A stretch of 64,000 bases of DNA, taken from the NCBI GenBank assembly GCA_963840455.1, contig CAWIYV010000004.1, forward strand, positions 64,001 through 128,000. The letters are read 5' to 3'. The number at the start of each line of letters is the position of its first letter. Position 1 is the first letter of the stretch. The notes beneath the pieces are model-generated. The model was not told where the DNA came from and ran no database searches. It saw only the letters and a list, made by a program, of their open reading frames with translations. Shown here piece after piece: positions 29,801 to 39,667 of the stretch. Made by a program: the position numbers and the translations under genes. The stretch is from Nitrospirota bacterium. GTDB lineage: Bacteria > Nitrospirota > UBA9217.

Positions 29801-29980
29801 GGCGACGAGCGCAGGGTCCGCGCCGTAATAGACCGTGGTTACCGTAACAACGGCGTTCTGGATGAAGGGATACTGCCGGACGGGCAGGAGCCCGGCTGAC
29901 CGGAGGCCCAGCACCAGGATGAGCAGGCTGATCACGGTCGCCAGGACCGGACGTTTGATGAAAAGGTCGGTAAATCGCAT
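26867..29980 (-). CDS. RND efflux permease (MexW/MexI-like)
   Basis: MRFTDLFIKRPVLA, GLVVDDAIIVVEN and RLRPILMTT motifs. Confidence 0.96.
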   Translation of the reverse strand: MRFTDLFIKRPVLATVISLLILVLGLRSAGLLPVRQYPFIQNAVVTVTTVYYGADPALVAGFITTPLESSIAQANGIDYLTSSSKQSTSTIQAYLRLNYDPNKALTEINTRVNAVLNQLPRETQQPVITMAVGETIDSMYIGFSSKVLPPNKITDYLIRVVQPKLQAVEGVQQAEILGQRQFALRAWLDPQKMAAHGVTAADVSNALAANDFISALGRTKGQMVSVDLTADTSLHTEDEFRNLVVRQQNGALVRLGDVARVVLGAEDYDTAVTFDGKAAVYIGIKVAPSANLLTVINGVRKAFPPIAEQLPAGLDGRIVYDASRYVNSSIREVVITLIEALLIVTAVIFLFLGTFRSVIIPTIAMPLSLIGAFFIMLVLGYTINLLTLLALVLAIGLVVDDAIIVVENVHRHIEGGMRPLDAALQGARELAGPIIAISIVLIAVYVPIGFMGGLTGALFTEFAYTLAGAVAVSAVVALTLSPMMSSRFLRPANHNNGNRFARWIDLQFGRLRRGYERTLQTALKSLPVVGVFAGIVLVSIYFLYASSKSELAPDEDQGIVIALTTAAPNATLAQTQLSTRQVYDIYASYPETDHVFQFAGAGALNIAFGGMVFKPWDERTRTSMELLPLVQQRMNSIAASRTAAFLRPPLPGSSGLPVQFVIGTTESYERLNDVSQAVVGKAYGSGMFAYLDSDLKIDKPQVTVEIDRDKASQLGLTMRDVGSTLGSALGGGYVNYFSFGGRSYKVIAQVQRTDRLNAGQLQDYYITTASGGVIPLSTITKLKTTVVPESLNHFQQLNAATLSAVLAPGVTLGQGLEALTGAARSVLPQGYSVDYAGQSRQYVQESSALVATFFFSLIIIFLSLAALFESFRDPFIVLISVPMSIFGAMIFISLGVGGASLNIYTEVGLVTLIGLISKHGILIVQFANDLQREGKSKADAIGTAAAIRLRPILMTTAAMVLGVLPLVTASGAGAAGRFNMGLVIMAGIAIGTLFTLYVVPAMYLLFAAEHGKEKATESRQEPVLGEVCPSNMETCVR

Positions 29981-30009
29981 CTTTCCGCCTCCTTGTGCCT
30001 TCCGGGCCA

Positions 30010-31134
30010 TCACTCATCGGGAGGCTGCGGCGTCGCATCGTTCTGCGGCTGGACCGCGTTGTTGATCGTGACCGGGCTGCCGTTCTTCAGTTTCAGCTGT
30101 CCGGTGGTCGCTACCAGGTCCCCTTCCTTGATGCCGGTGAGGATGGCCACCTGGTCCCCCCGCACCGGACCGACGGTGACGAAGGTCTGCTTCGCTGTAA
30201 GCCGCGGATTGCCGTCCGGTCCCTTGCCGTTCTCCTCGATGACGTAGACCGTATCCCCATAGGGGTTATAAGCCACGGCGGTCTGCGGCAGGGTCAGGTA
30301 GCTCTGCGCCTTTCCGGTCCGGATGGACATCGTGACATACATTCCCGGCACCAGCTCGCGTTTCGGGTTTGCAACGAGCGCCTCGACCTGAACGTTCCTC
30401 GTTGCCGGGTCGACCTTGGGGTCGATCGTGGTTATCCTGCCGGGGAAGGTCCGCCCGGGATAGGTATCGGCCGTGATCGCCACCTCCATGCCCTTCGCGA
30501 CCTGCGCAAGCTCCTGCTGAGGCAGGGAAAAATCGGCAAGGAGGGTCCCCAGCGCCTGGAGCGTCACGATACGATCGCCGGGATTCAGGTACTGGCCCGG
30601 GTTCACCAGACTGATCCCGAGCCTTCCCGCAAAGGGGGCGCGGATGGTCTTCTTGTCCAGGACGGCCTGCTGCTCCGCGACCTGCGCACGTTTGTATTTG
30701 AGGTCGGCTGCCTCGGTGTCGAACTGCGCCTGGCTCAGGGCGTGTGCCTCGAACAGCTTCCGGTCACGGTCGTAGGTCGTCTGGGCCAGTTCCGCCGACA
30801 CTTCAAGCTCATGGAGCCGTGCCGCGTCGGCATCGGCGTTGAGCTCCACCAGCACCTGCCTGGCCTGGACCTCATCGCCCGGCTGGAACCTGATCGCGTG
30901 CACGAGCCCGGCGATCTCGCTCGTCACTTCCACCCCCCGCACCGCGCGCAAGCCCCCGACCGCGGTGATCTGCGGCTGCCAGGGCTGGAGCGCCGCCGTC
31001 ATGGCCGTGACCGAAACAGGCGGCGGCTGAAAGGCCATGGACCGCATGGTCTTCGCCTTGACCAGTTTGTAGCCGAAGATGCCGCCGAAGAGGATCCCGG
31101 CAGCGATCAACATGATCATCATTCGTTTCATCAT
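30010..31134 (-). CDS. RND periplasmic adaptor (MFP)
   Basis: N-terminal TM, IRAPFAGRLG, VDPATRNVQVEA, LVPGMY. Confidence 0.95.
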   Translation of the reverse strand: MMKRMMIMLIAAGILFGGIFGYKLVKAKTMRSMAFQPPPVSVTAMTAALQPWQPQITAVGGLRAVRGVEVTSEIAGLVHAIRFQPGDEVQARQVLVELNADADAARLHELEVSAELAQTTYDRDRKLFEAHALSQAQFDTEAADLKYKRAQVAEQQAVLDKKTIRAPFAGRLGISLVNPGQYLNPGDRIVTLQALGTLLADFSLPQQELAQVAKGMEVAITADTYPGRTFPGRITTIDPKVDPATRNVQVEALVANPKRELVPGMYVTMSIRTGKAQSYLTLPQTAVAYNPYGDTVYVIEENGKGPDGNPRLTAKQTFVTVGPVRGDQVAILTGIKEGDLVATTGQLKLKNGSPVTINNAVQPQNDATPQPPDE

Positions 31135-31382
31135 GCTCCATTCCTCCTTACCCGCCGCTGCGGCAAGCATCCCCCCTTTTTTGCAGGGAAAGCCGCTTTT
31201 CCCGCTCCTCACTGTTCATACAGGACTTTTACTATCCCGTATGTATATTATATCACCGGGGTCAAGGTCCGCACTCCTGTTCGAACGCAGGAGGCCGGGG
31301 AAATGCTGTTTGAGGAGGGGCGGGGCGGAACAAGGGAAGAGACCAGACATTCATGGCACGGTCTCGTTCGCGGTCAGAGCAT

Positions 31383-32189
31383 TCAGGGTTCAGCGCGCCG
31401 CCTGCCGGCTGCAACGGCGACCAGGATGCCTGCCGCGATCGTTGCCGCGCTCAGCAGCTGCCCCATGGTGAAGGGTCCAGCGACGAGGCCGAGCTGGACG
31501 TCTGGCTCCCGGAAAAACTCTACGGCGAACCGGAAGGCCCCATAGCACAGGAGGAACACGGCGGTCAGGAGGCCTTCCCGCTTGACGGCGGGCCTCAACC
31601 GCCACAGGAGCAGGAACAGGACCACGCCTTCGAGCAGAAGCTCATAAAGCTGGGACGGATGACGCGGGAGCGGCCCTCCCGACGGGAACACCATGGCCCA
31701 GGGCACGTCGGTCACCCTGCCATACAGCTCTCCGTTGATGAAATTGCCGAGCCGCCCGAGACCGAGCCCGATGGGCGCCGTGACAACGAGCAGGTCCGCG
31801 ACACGCCAGGGATCGACGCCATTCGAACGGCACCACCACAGGCCGGCAACGATGCAGCCGATCAGTCCTCCATGAAAGGACATGCCGCCGTGCCAGATCG
31901 CCAGGGCCTCGAGCGGTGCGGCAAGATACGTGCGAAGGTCATAGAAGAGCACATAGCCCAGCCGGGCCCCCGCGATGAGCCCAATGATAAGTGCGGTATA
32001 GAGGTTGTCGAGCAATGCTACCGGAAGGCCGGCCTCTTCGTCAGCGGCGGGCCGCAAGGGATGGGACAGCTGGAAGCGTACGAGCAGGTAGGAGGACAGG
32101 AAACCAACAAGATACATGAGCCCGTACCAGCGGATGGCAAATGGGCCGATCCGGACGGCGACCGGACCGATGTTCGGGAATGGCACCAT
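31383..32189 (-). CDS. lgt: Prolipoprotein diacylglyceryl transferase
   Basis: IRWYGLMY, GGMSFHGG, GRLGNFINGELYGR and RHPSQLYE motifs. Confidence 0.97.
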   Translation of the reverse strand: MVPFPNIGPVAVRIGPFAIRWYGLMYLVGFLSSYLLVRFQLSHPLRPAADEEAGLPVALLDNLYTALIIGLIAGARLGYVLFYDLRTYLAAPLEALAIWHGGMSFHGGLIGCIVAGLWWCRSNGVDPWRVADLLVVTAPIGLGLGRLGNFINGELYGRVTDVPWAMVFPSGGPLPRHPSQLYELLLEGVVLFLLLWRLRPAVKREGLLTAVFLLCYGAFRFAVEFFREPDVQLGLVAGPFTMGQLLSAATIAAGILVAVAAGRRRAEP

Positions 32190-32236
32190 GCTTCGCCTCC
32201 TCCGGCGGCAGGGACCGCGCATCCGTCCCTGTCCGT

Positions 32237-33079
32237 CTAGTTAATCACCAGGTAATCCGCATCTTCGGGCGTAACGCTCTTCAGGTCCGCCTGATCAGGC
32301 ATTACCGGCAGGATCACCTGAGTACGGTACCCGGACAGGAGGGACAGCTGCTCCGGAATCCCGCGCCGCCAGGCGTGGCCGACGCCGGCAAGGACCACTG
32401 CCTTTTTACCCGCGTTCTCCTTCATGAAGGCTATCAGGTTCACGGCCATGGATTTGTCCCAGACCATCTGAGCCTCGCAGAAATGCAGGAACGATTTCCC
32501 GTCGCCCTGGTCATGGTCGGCATAGGCCTTCCTGATGAATGCCATGTAGCTCCTGTCGATGGTGCAGCTGATGCCAGCCGGGAGTTTCTGCCGCTCGGCG
32601 TCGCTCAATGCCGAAAAACCGCGCCGGGCAATGGCGGTGGCGATCTCATCCGGGATGTTCAGCCCGGCGATCGGAATGCCGTGCTCACGAGCATAGAGGA
32701 AGATATCCTCATAGAGCGTCCAGCGCAGGCTCCAGTTCCGGTAATAGACCGGCACGAACCGGTCCACCGGCATGACGCCCTGCGTCCAGGCATCGAGGTC
32801 TTTCTGGTCGCTCTGCCGGAACATCTCCATGCCGATGATCATCGGCGTATCCGACTCGTGGAGCGCCCTGATGATCTCGAGTTCGATCGCGTGATGCCGC
32901 GGGTCGCCGTGGATCTCCCCGATCACGATCACGTCGCTTCGCACGGCGTCCTGCATCATGGCGTCGAAGGTCACCGTCTTCCGGTCGCTTATACGTATCA
33001 AATTGTCGTGCCCTATTGCCGTCACGACGGCGAACAGGACGGCAAATGCGGCGGTCATCCCGTAGAATACAGTCTTCAT
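32237..33079 (-). CDS. ChaN-family exported protein
   Basis: VIVIGEIH, IGMEMF, AQMVWDKSMA and VLAGVGH motifs. Confidence 0.85.
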   Translation of the reverse strand: MKTVFYGMTAAFAVLFAVVTAIGHDNLIRISDRKTVTFDAMMQDAVRSDVIVIGEIHGDPRHHAIELEIIRALHESDTPMIIGMEMFRQSDQKDLDAWTQGVMPVDRFVPVYYRNWSLRWTLYEDIFLYAREHGIPIAGLNIPDEIATAIARRGFSALSDAERQKLPAGISCTIDRSYMAFIRKAYADHDQGDGKSFLHFCEAQMVWDKSMAVNLIAFMKENAGKKAVVLAGVGHAWRRGIPEQLSLLSGYRTQVILPVMPDQADLKSVTPEDADYLVIN

Positions 33080-33428
33080 GATCCCATTGTGACGCGCCGA
33101 ACGGCCCTTGTCAAGACATCCCGCCGGTACGGCTGGCAGAAGGAAGTACCGTGCTGCCCTGTCTTTCCATCACGCTCCTCCACCCTCCCGTGGAAATAAT
33201 CTGCGAGCAACCTATCGTCAAAATACTCATGATGAGGTCTGACACGAAGCTTTCCCGCGGCGCTCACATTCCTTCCATCCACCTGCAAAAAGACGCCCTT
33301 CCTCCCGACAGAAGATCTTCACTACCCGCGCCATGCGGAGAGATTTTCTGATATAGTACATAATACCGGTAACACTGGCAACGGTCCCCCGTGCCGTAGA
33401 ACACGATACCGCCGGAGGCGGTCCCAGG

Positions 33429-35324
33429 ATGGTGGTGATGAGAATGAAAAGCCTGCTTGACGCTCTTTTCTCCCGGCAGCGGCCGCTCACGATGGGCCAT
33501 TTTGTCCTGCTCTCCGTTGTTTTCTCGGAGCTCTTCACCGCTGCCGCGAACACGGTCCACAGCTACCTCTGGTACGGCGCCTTCTCACCGTCCCTGCTGA
33601 TGATCGGCGCGGTCGACGCGCTGTTCATCCCCCTGATCGTCGCCCCCATCGTTCTCTATTTTATGAGATATACCGCCGAGCTGAGCCACGCGAACGCGCA
33701 GCTGCGGCAGGAGATCGCGAACCGCAGGCAGGCGGAACAGGCCGTGCTGGAGCGCAAGGCGGAGCTCGAGTCGTCCAACGCGCTGCTGCTGACGGAGATG
33801 GTCGAACGGCGGCGGGCCGAACAGGAGGTCGCCAGGACGGCGAAGCATTTCCAATCGCTCATCGAGAACGGGCTCGACATCATCACCGTCCTGAGCAGCG
33901 AGGGAACGATACAATACGAAAGCCCGTCCGTCGAGCGGGTCCTGGGGTACCGGCCGGCGGAGCTGATCGGCGTCAACGCCTTCGACCTTGTCCATCCCAC
34001 CGATCTCGCCGCCACCAGCGAGATCTTCCGCAACGCGGTACAGGACCCGGGGCGGAACGACAGCGCCGAATTCCGGCTCCGTCACAGGGACGGTTCCTGG
34101 AGGATCCTCGAGGTCATGGGGAAGAGCGTGGCGACGGACGACGGCAGCGTGAACATCATCATCAACTCCCGGGACATCACCGACCGGAAGAGACTGGAGG
34201 AGGACCTGATCCGGGCTCAGAAGCTGGAGTCCCTGGGCATCCTTGCGGGCGGCATTGCCCACGACTTCAACAACCTGCTGGCCGGCATCGTGGGGAACCT
34301 ATCCCTGTCGATGCTCGACATCGACCCGGCGAGCGTCGCCTACAAGCGGCTGGAGGTCGCCGAGCGGGCCTCGCTCCGCGCGCAGAGCCTCACGCAGCAG
34401 CTGCTGACCTTTTCCCGGGGAGGCGCCCCCGTCAAGAAGATCATTGCCGTCGGCCCGGTGGTCCGGGAAGCGGTGGAGTTCTCCCTGCGTGGCTCCGGAG
34501 TCACCTGTGCGGTCGAGCTGCCCCCTGATCTCCGGCCGATCATGGCGGACGCGGGACAGATCGCCCAGGTGATCAACAACCTGGTGATCAACGCCGACCA
34601 GGCCATGCCGATAGGCGGCGCCATCACGGTGCGCGCGGAGAACGACGATTCGGCGCACCAAAAGGTTCCCGCGCTCAAGCAGGGCAGGTACATCCGCCTG
34701 TCCGTGCGCGATAGCGGGATCGGCATTCCCCGGGAGCACATCGACAAGATCTTCGACCCCTACTACACCACGAAGCAGAAAGGGAGCGGCCTGGGCCTCG
34801 CGGTCACCTACTCCATTATCCGGAAGCACGATGGCCACATCACCGTGGAGTCCGCGCCCGGCGCGGGCACGACCTTCACCGTCTACCTGCCCGCCTGCGA
34901 CGATCTACCGGCCGAGGCGCGTGCCGACGAGGGGGGGATCGCACGGGGCAAGGGTACGATCCTGGTCATGGACGACGAGCCCGAGTTGCGGGAAACCGTC
35001 GGCACGATGCTGCGGCGGCTCGGGTATACCGTGGAGCTTGTCGAGAACGGGGCAAAGGCAGTTGAGCGGTATCGCGAAGCGCTGCGGAAGAACAGACCCT
35101 TCGACGCGGTCATCATGGACCTGACCGTGCCCGGCGGCATGGGCGGCAGGGAAGCCATGGCCAGGCTGCAGGAACTGGACCCCGGCGTCAGGGCGATCGT
35201 GTCCAGCGGCTACGCCAACGACCCGGTCATGGCCAACTACGCAGAGTACGGGTTCAAAGGAGTGGCGGCCAAGCCGTTCAACCTCAAGCAGCTGGGCGAT
35301 TCGGTCGCGGCGGCGCTGAAGTAG
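33429..35324 (+). CDS. Hybrid PAS histidine kinase-receiver
   Basis: PAS; GGIAHDFNNLL; FDPYYTTK.GSGLGL; C-terminal REC (ILVMDDE, IMDLTVPG). Confidence 0.95.
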   Translation: MVVMRMKSLLDALFSRQRPLTMGHFVLLSVVFSELFTAAANTVHSYLWYGAFSPSLLMIGAVDALFIPLIVAPIVLYFMRYTAELSHANAQLRQEIANRRQAEQAVLERKAELESSNALLLTEMVERRRAEQEVARTAKHFQSLIENGLDIITVLSSEGTIQYESPSVERVLGYRPAELIGVNAFDLVHPTDLAATSEIFRNAVQDPGRNDSAEFRLRHRDGSWRILEVMGKSVATDDGSVNIIINSRDITDRKRLEEDLIRAQKLESLGILAGGIAHDFNNLLAGIVGNLSLSMLDIDPASVAYKRLEVAERASLRAQSLTQQLLTFSRGGAPVKKIIAVGPVVREAVEFSLRGSGVTCAVELPPDLRPIMADAGQIAQVINNLVINADQAMPIGGAITVRAENDDSAHQKVPALKQGRYIRLSVRDSGIGIPREHIDKIFDPYYTTKQKGSGLGLAVTYSIIRKHDGHITVESAPGAGTTFTVYLPACDDLPAEARADEGGIARGKGTILVMDDEPELRETVGTMLRRLGYTVELVENGAKAVERYREALRKNRPFDAVIMDLTVPGGMGGREAMARLQELDPGVRAIVSSGYANDPVMANYAEYGFKGVAAKPFNLKQLGDSVAAALK

Positions 35325-35476
35325 ACCTCGCGGGCGGAAGCAAGGCAAACCTTGCCCTGGGGAAATGGGGAAGTGTGGAAAAATGGATAATAGGTCTTCT
35401 TGAATTTTTCCCCTTTCGCCCTTCCTTCCCCCTTTCTCCTCCAAAGGTCCGTCGTTGCCGAAACGAGGGATAACCC

Positions 35477-35986
35477 ATGCCCACTTCCATTGATAAAAAA
35501 CTTGCCGCTGTCTGCGGGCTCTTCTGCCCGGCCTGTACGGTATATATCGGGACCCGGGAGGACCCAGAAAGACTGAAGGCGCTTGCGAGCCGCATGGGGC
35601 GCACGGTCGAAGAACTAAGATGTAATGGATGCCGCACGGAAAAGAGATGCTTTTACTGCCAGAGCGTCTGCACCATGGCGAAATGCGCCGCTGATAAGGG
35701 CGTGGATTTTTGCGGCCAGTGCCCGGAATATCCCTGCAGCGACCTGAGGACCTTTCAGGCCGCGATGCCGCACCGGATCGAGCTATGGAAATGGCAGGAA
35801 CGGATCAAGGAGGCCGGATACGAGACCTGGTATGCCGAAATGACCGGGCACTTTTCCTGCCGAACATGCGGGACGGTTAACTCAGCGTACGATCTGAAAT
35901 GTCGGAAGTGCGGCGAAGAACCAAGTTGCGATTACGTGCGGATGCATAAAGAGGAGATCACGCAGCGATCGAGGAACATGAGATGA
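35477..35986 (+). CDS. Cys-rich DUF3795-like protein
   Basis: CGLFCPAC, CNGC, C..KCA, CGQCPEYPC, plus a C-terminal Zn ribbon. Confidence 0.8.
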   Translation: MPTSIDKKLAAVCGLFCPACTVYIGTREDPERLKALASRMGRTVEELRCNGCRTEKRCFYCQSVCTMAKCAADKGVDFCGQCPEYPCSDLRTFQAAMPHRIELWKWQERIKEAGYETWYAEMTGHFSCRTCGTVNSAYDLKCRKCGEEPSCDYVRMHKEEITQRSRNMR

Positions 35987-36069
35987 GGGGCAACGGAGGA
36001 AGCAACCTCCCCTCCGAATTCTTTCCAGCTTTCCAGGTTTGACCCTCATCAACTCGACCCACATCAACC

Positions 36070-37572
36070 ATGGCAAATGTGAAAAATTACGCGATAAGGG
36101 CCGCGATCATCATCGTCGGGACCTACCTCGCGCTTCTGGTTCCCGACCAACAGGCCCCTGTTCAGCTGCCTGATCCCGCTGCGACAGCGAGGCAGCCGTT
36201 CGCGTGGAACGAGGACGTTTTCTGGAAATCGCTGGAAGCGCGGTATCGGGAACTGCGGACAACGTCCTGCGAGAGCCGCAGGCAGGCCGTTACGACATCC
36301 GTCCTCCGGGTGCAGGCACTCCTCCGCGGCATTCAGGAAAAGAGCCTGAATCCGAGCGCGCCGGAATTGGGTGAGCTCGAACGGCGGATGTTCGAGATCG
36401 CGCCCCTCGTCGGCGGATGCAGCCGGGAACTGGCAGCGTACGTCCATGCCAGGGAGGACCTGCGCATTGCCGTCAAGAAGCAGTCGGAGCATTGGGACAT
36501 GAGGTCCGATGCGGCGCGGACCACCCTGTACCGGCTGCTGTACGGTACCCGTGCCGCGGTCGAGGAGGCCATGCTGCAGATGCCCGGCGTCGCCTCGATA
36601 CCCGCGCTCGTCAACGGTGTTGTCGAGCCTTCCCAGACCCCGGGGGAGGAGGTGCATGGGGTAACGATCCACAGCGGAGACCTGCTGGTGTCCCGGGGCA
36701 GCGTTCCTACGTCCGCATTGATCGCGCGCGGCAATGACTTTCCGGGAAATTTCTCCCACGTTGCCCTGGTGTACGTTGAACCGAAGACGCACCGTGCCCG
36801 GATCGTCGAAGCCCTCAGCGGGCAAGGTGTTGTCGTGTCATCCCTGGACGAGTACGCGAAAGACGCGAAGTTCCGGATCATGGTCCTCCGTCCCCGGGCC
36901 GATCTCCCGCAGATGCTGCAGGACCCGATGCTCCCCCATAAGGCCGCGGAACGGGCGTATAACAATGCCACAGAAAAACATATTCCCTATGATTTCGAGA
37001 TGAACTATCACGATCACGCGAAGCTGTTCTGCTCCGAAGTGGCTTCCGCGGCGTACGAAGCGTACGGAGTAAATCTCTGGATGGGCATTTCGCACCTGTC
37101 TTCGCCCGGCCTCCGTCGATGGCTTTCCGGCCTCGGCGCGAAGCATTTCGAGACCCAGGAGCCGTCCGATCTGGAGTATGATCCGCAGCTCCGGGTCGTC
37201 GCTGAGTGGCGCAACCTGGAAACGCTCAGAAAGGACCGTCTTGACAATGCCGTGACCGAGGTGATGCTCGAGGGCGCGGAGCAAGGAGAGGAACTTTCCT
37301 ATCATTGGTACCTGCTGCCGTTGACGCGTCTTGCGAAGGCATACAGCGTGGCGTTCAATTGGTTCGGGAAGGTCGGCCCAGTCCCGGAAGGGATGTCCGC
37401 CGCCACATCGCTGCGTACCCTTGCGTACATGCACAGGCATGAGCGTATCTACAAGATACTGGAGATGAAAACCGGGCAATTCACGGCGCAACACGGCTAT
37501 GAGCCCCCGTACTGGGAGCTGCTGAAACTGGCGCGGAGCGCAATATCCGGGGAAGAGGGACGTGGGAAATAG
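36070..37572 (+). CDS. Permuted papain-like (YiiX/YebB NlpC/P60) enzyme with long N-terminal region
   Basis: SGDLLVSRG, FSHVALV (His before Cys), PYDF..LFCSEV. Confidence 0.8.
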   Translation: MANVKNYAIRAAIIIVGTYLALLVPDQQAPVQLPDPAATARQPFAWNEDVFWKSLEARYRELRTTSCESRRQAVTTSVLRVQALLRGIQEKSLNPSAPELGELERRMFEIAPLVGGCSRELAAYVHAREDLRIAVKKQSEHWDMRSDAARTTLYRLLYGTRAAVEEAMLQMPGVASIPALVNGVVEPSQTPGEEVHGVTIHSGDLLVSRGSVPTSALIARGNDFPGNFSHVALVYVEPKTHRARIVEALSGQGVVVSSLDEYAKDAKFRIMVLRPRADLPQMLQDPMLPHKAAERAYNNATEKHIPYDFEMNYHDHAKLFCSEVASAAYEAYGVNLWMGISHLSSPGLRRWLSGLGAKHFETQEPSDLEYDPQLRVVAEWRNLETLRKDRLDNAVTEVMLEGAEQGEELSYHWYLLPLTRLAKAYSVAFNWFGKVGPVPEGMSAATSLRTLAYMHRHERIYKILEMKTGQFTAQHGYEPPYWELLKLARSAISGEEGRGK

Positions 37573-37701
37573 TCGGAAAGGAAACCGGAGGATGTTCTTC
37601 CACACCACAGAAGGGTACCCTGTTTTTGTCTCGAAAGCGTTTTGCCAGGGGTATAATAAAGGCCCGGCTGAATGCGTACAATTCCCGAAAGGAGGACATC
37701 C

Positions 37702-38226
37702 ATGAAAGCACTTATCATCAGCGCAGACGGCTACGAAGACTCGGAGCTTCTCGTTCCCTATTATCGATTCCTCGAGGAAGGCATCGAAACGGACATCGCA
37801 TCAATGACGAAAGGTCCCCTCAAGGGGAAGCACGGATATGAAGTGGAGGCAACGAAAACGCTGGCCGACATTGCACCCGATGATTACGACATCCTGCTCT
37901 TGCCCGGCGGCAGGGCCCCGGGCGTGGTGCGGAAGGAGCGGACGGCCGCGGAGATCGCGAAAGATTTCTTCACGAAGGGCAAGCCCGTTGCGGCCATCTG
38001 CCACGGTCCGCAGATCCTTATAACCGCTGGACTCCTGAAAGGGAGACGTGCCACCTGTTATCGGACCGTTGCGGACGAGCTCAAGGCGTCGGGTGCCCTG
38101 TATGAGGACCAGCCGGTGGTCGTCGACGGCAACCTCGTGACCTCCCGCCAGCCTTCGGACCTTCCGGCGTTCATGCGGGAGGTCATGAAGATGGTCAGGG
38201 ACCGGGCTGGCAAGAGCGCGGCATGA
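37702..38226 (+). CDS. PfpI/DJ-1 family protease/deglycase
   Basis: GYEDSEL, LPGG, AAICHGP, VVDGNLVTSRQPSDL. Confidence 0.92.
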   Translation: MKALIISADGYEDSELLVPYYRFLEEGIETDIASMTKGPLKGKHGYEVEATKTLADIAPDDYDILLLPGGRAPGVVRKERTAAEIAKDFFTKGKPVAAICHGPQILITAGLLKGRRATCYRTVADELKASGALYEDQPVVVDGNLVTSRQPSDLPAFMREVMKMVRDRAGKSAA

Positions 38227-38303
38227 ACGGTAGATCTGCTGTTTCAATGGTAGGTTGGATCAAGCAAAACGCAACCCTGGGGCTTCTGTCATCTTCCATC
38301 TCA

Positions 38304-38762
38304 TTTCGTCACCTTTCTTGCTTGCCCGAAGAAAGGTGACACAAAGAATGCACCCGGCGAACATTCTGATCCGGCATTCTCGGTCGTCATCGGTACATTT
38401 TAGAAACTCGCCCGAAAGTGGTAAGAGTGGGCTCAGGCAGTCTAAAATGTTTAACCCTCTGACTCGGTCGACTGCCGGGAATGTTCGCATGGGACTTCTC
38501 AAGTCTTTGCCGTACCCAAACCCCGCACGTCCACGGAGCGGCCCTATACATTTTCTGGGGCACCCGTCTTGGCCAAAGGAAGCATCCCGAAGGGCGACGC
38601 GTACTGTCTGAGGCCGAAGGCCGAGTTTACGCGGTCGAGCTGACGTGGCCTTAGACGGGTCAGAAAATGTATTCAGGCCGCGAAGGAGATGTGCAAAAAA
38701 ACCAAGCATCCTGACCATCAGCGAAAGTCCCGTTCTTTACATCATCCTTTCTTTTGTCACCT
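38304..38762. repeat. Structured ~450-bp repeat (family AB) copy 1: A, B, linker and start of the next A
   Basis: Starts tttcgtcacctttcttgcttgcccgaagaaaggtgac; the B half contains ctgtctgaggccgaaggccgagttt; related copies at 39668, 40797, 43941, 44899 and 50043. Confidence 0.9.
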
Positions 38763-38782
38763 GAATGTATCTTCTCCAGATA

Positions 38783-39553
38783 CTACGTGGGGAACACGAC
38801 ACCGGACAAGCGTGCGCACTCTGAAAGATACTTGTCCTGGACAGCCGGGTCCGCGGCAGCCGGGTGACAGCTCCGGGGTTGCTGATGAGAGAAATATCTT
38901 CCCGAGACCAGGGCTTCCTTCTCCTGGCTCACCGCCAGCCACACCTGCGTCCGCGACCCTTCCTCGATGCTGACGGGAGCTCCCCGTCCTCCCATCTTCG
39001 TGGCTGCCCAGCCGGGGTCCACGGCATTGGACAATACGTCGGGCCATTTGCGGGCAACGGCAAAGGCAAGGATGACGTTGTGCAGCTTCGTATCCGAGTA
39101 GGCGCCCGATCCGGCACAAGGCCGTCTGCTCCACGTGAGGTCGTTCAATGTGGCGTCGCCGCTTCGATGGAGACCAGAGCTTGTATAGACCAGGCGTTGA
39201 GGCCTCCTGATCAGACAGGTCAGGATATAGGGGGCCAGCGAGTTCACAACGAACATCTCCGGCAGGCCGTCGACGGTCAGGCTGCAGTAGGAATCGCCGT
39301 AGACGCCGGCATTATGGATCACGGCATCGATCGGTCCGACTTCGTTCACCTGGTCGGCAAGGGTCCTCGTTTCTGCGATAATTGCAAGATCGCCCACAAT
39401 GGCGGTCATTGCGCCTGGAACTTTTAAAAGCGCCTCATCTGCCCGATCCCTATTGCGGCCATGCAGCACAACCTGGTGGCCCTGGCTGACCAGCATCCGC
39501 GCCTCCATGAGACCGAGACCGTCAGAAGAGCCTGTAATGAATATTTGTGCCAT
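38783..39553 (-). CDS. SDR family oxidoreductase
   Basis: ITGSSDGLG, HNAG, YSDTK (YxxxK), VDPGW. Confidence 0.92.
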   Translation of the reverse strand: MAQIFITGSSDGLGLMEARMLVSQGHQVVLHGRNRDRADEALLKVPGAMTAIVGDLAIIAETRTLADQVNEVGPIDAVIHNAGVYGDSYCSLTVDGLPEMFVVNSLAPYILTCLIRRPQRLVYTSSGLHRSGDATLNDLTWSRRPCAGSGAYSDTKLHNVILAFAVARKWPDVLSNAVDPGWAATKMGGRGAPVSIEEGSRTQVWLAVSQEKEALVSGRYFSHQQPRSCHPAAADPAVQDKYLSECARLSGVVFPT

Positions 39554-39617
39554 GGAAAATTCTCCGTACCTGCTTGATTATAGCGCGGGCAATGGGCAGC
39601 GGAAAGCCGAGAAAGCA

Positions 39618-39649
39618 GTAGGTTGGGTTAAACGATGCGCAACCCAACA
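39618..39649 (+). repeat. GTAG-type REP-like hairpin
   Basis: GTAG-GTTGGGTT-aaacgatgcgc-AACCCAAC; degenerate copy at 38250-38277. Confidence 0.65.
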
Positions 39650-39667
39650 GCTTCTAATCTTCATCTC

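Noticed and set aside
26849-31545. Long plus-strand ORFs (606, 330 and 516 aa) and similar antisense ORFs throughout the window
   Set aside because: They are shadows of well-supported minus-strand genes in GC-rich DNA and carry no motifs of their own.
35338-35385. GGCAAACC...GAAA resembling a c-di-GMP-I riboswitch
   Set aside because: There is no second stem with GCAAAG, and the segment is better explained by a short hairpin plus purine-rich short repeats.
38255-38718. ORFs inside the AB repeats (also 39742, 39964, 40672, 44901, 49955, 50112, 50175)
   Set aside because: Frames and lengths differ between copies while base pairing is conserved, so the element is non-coding.
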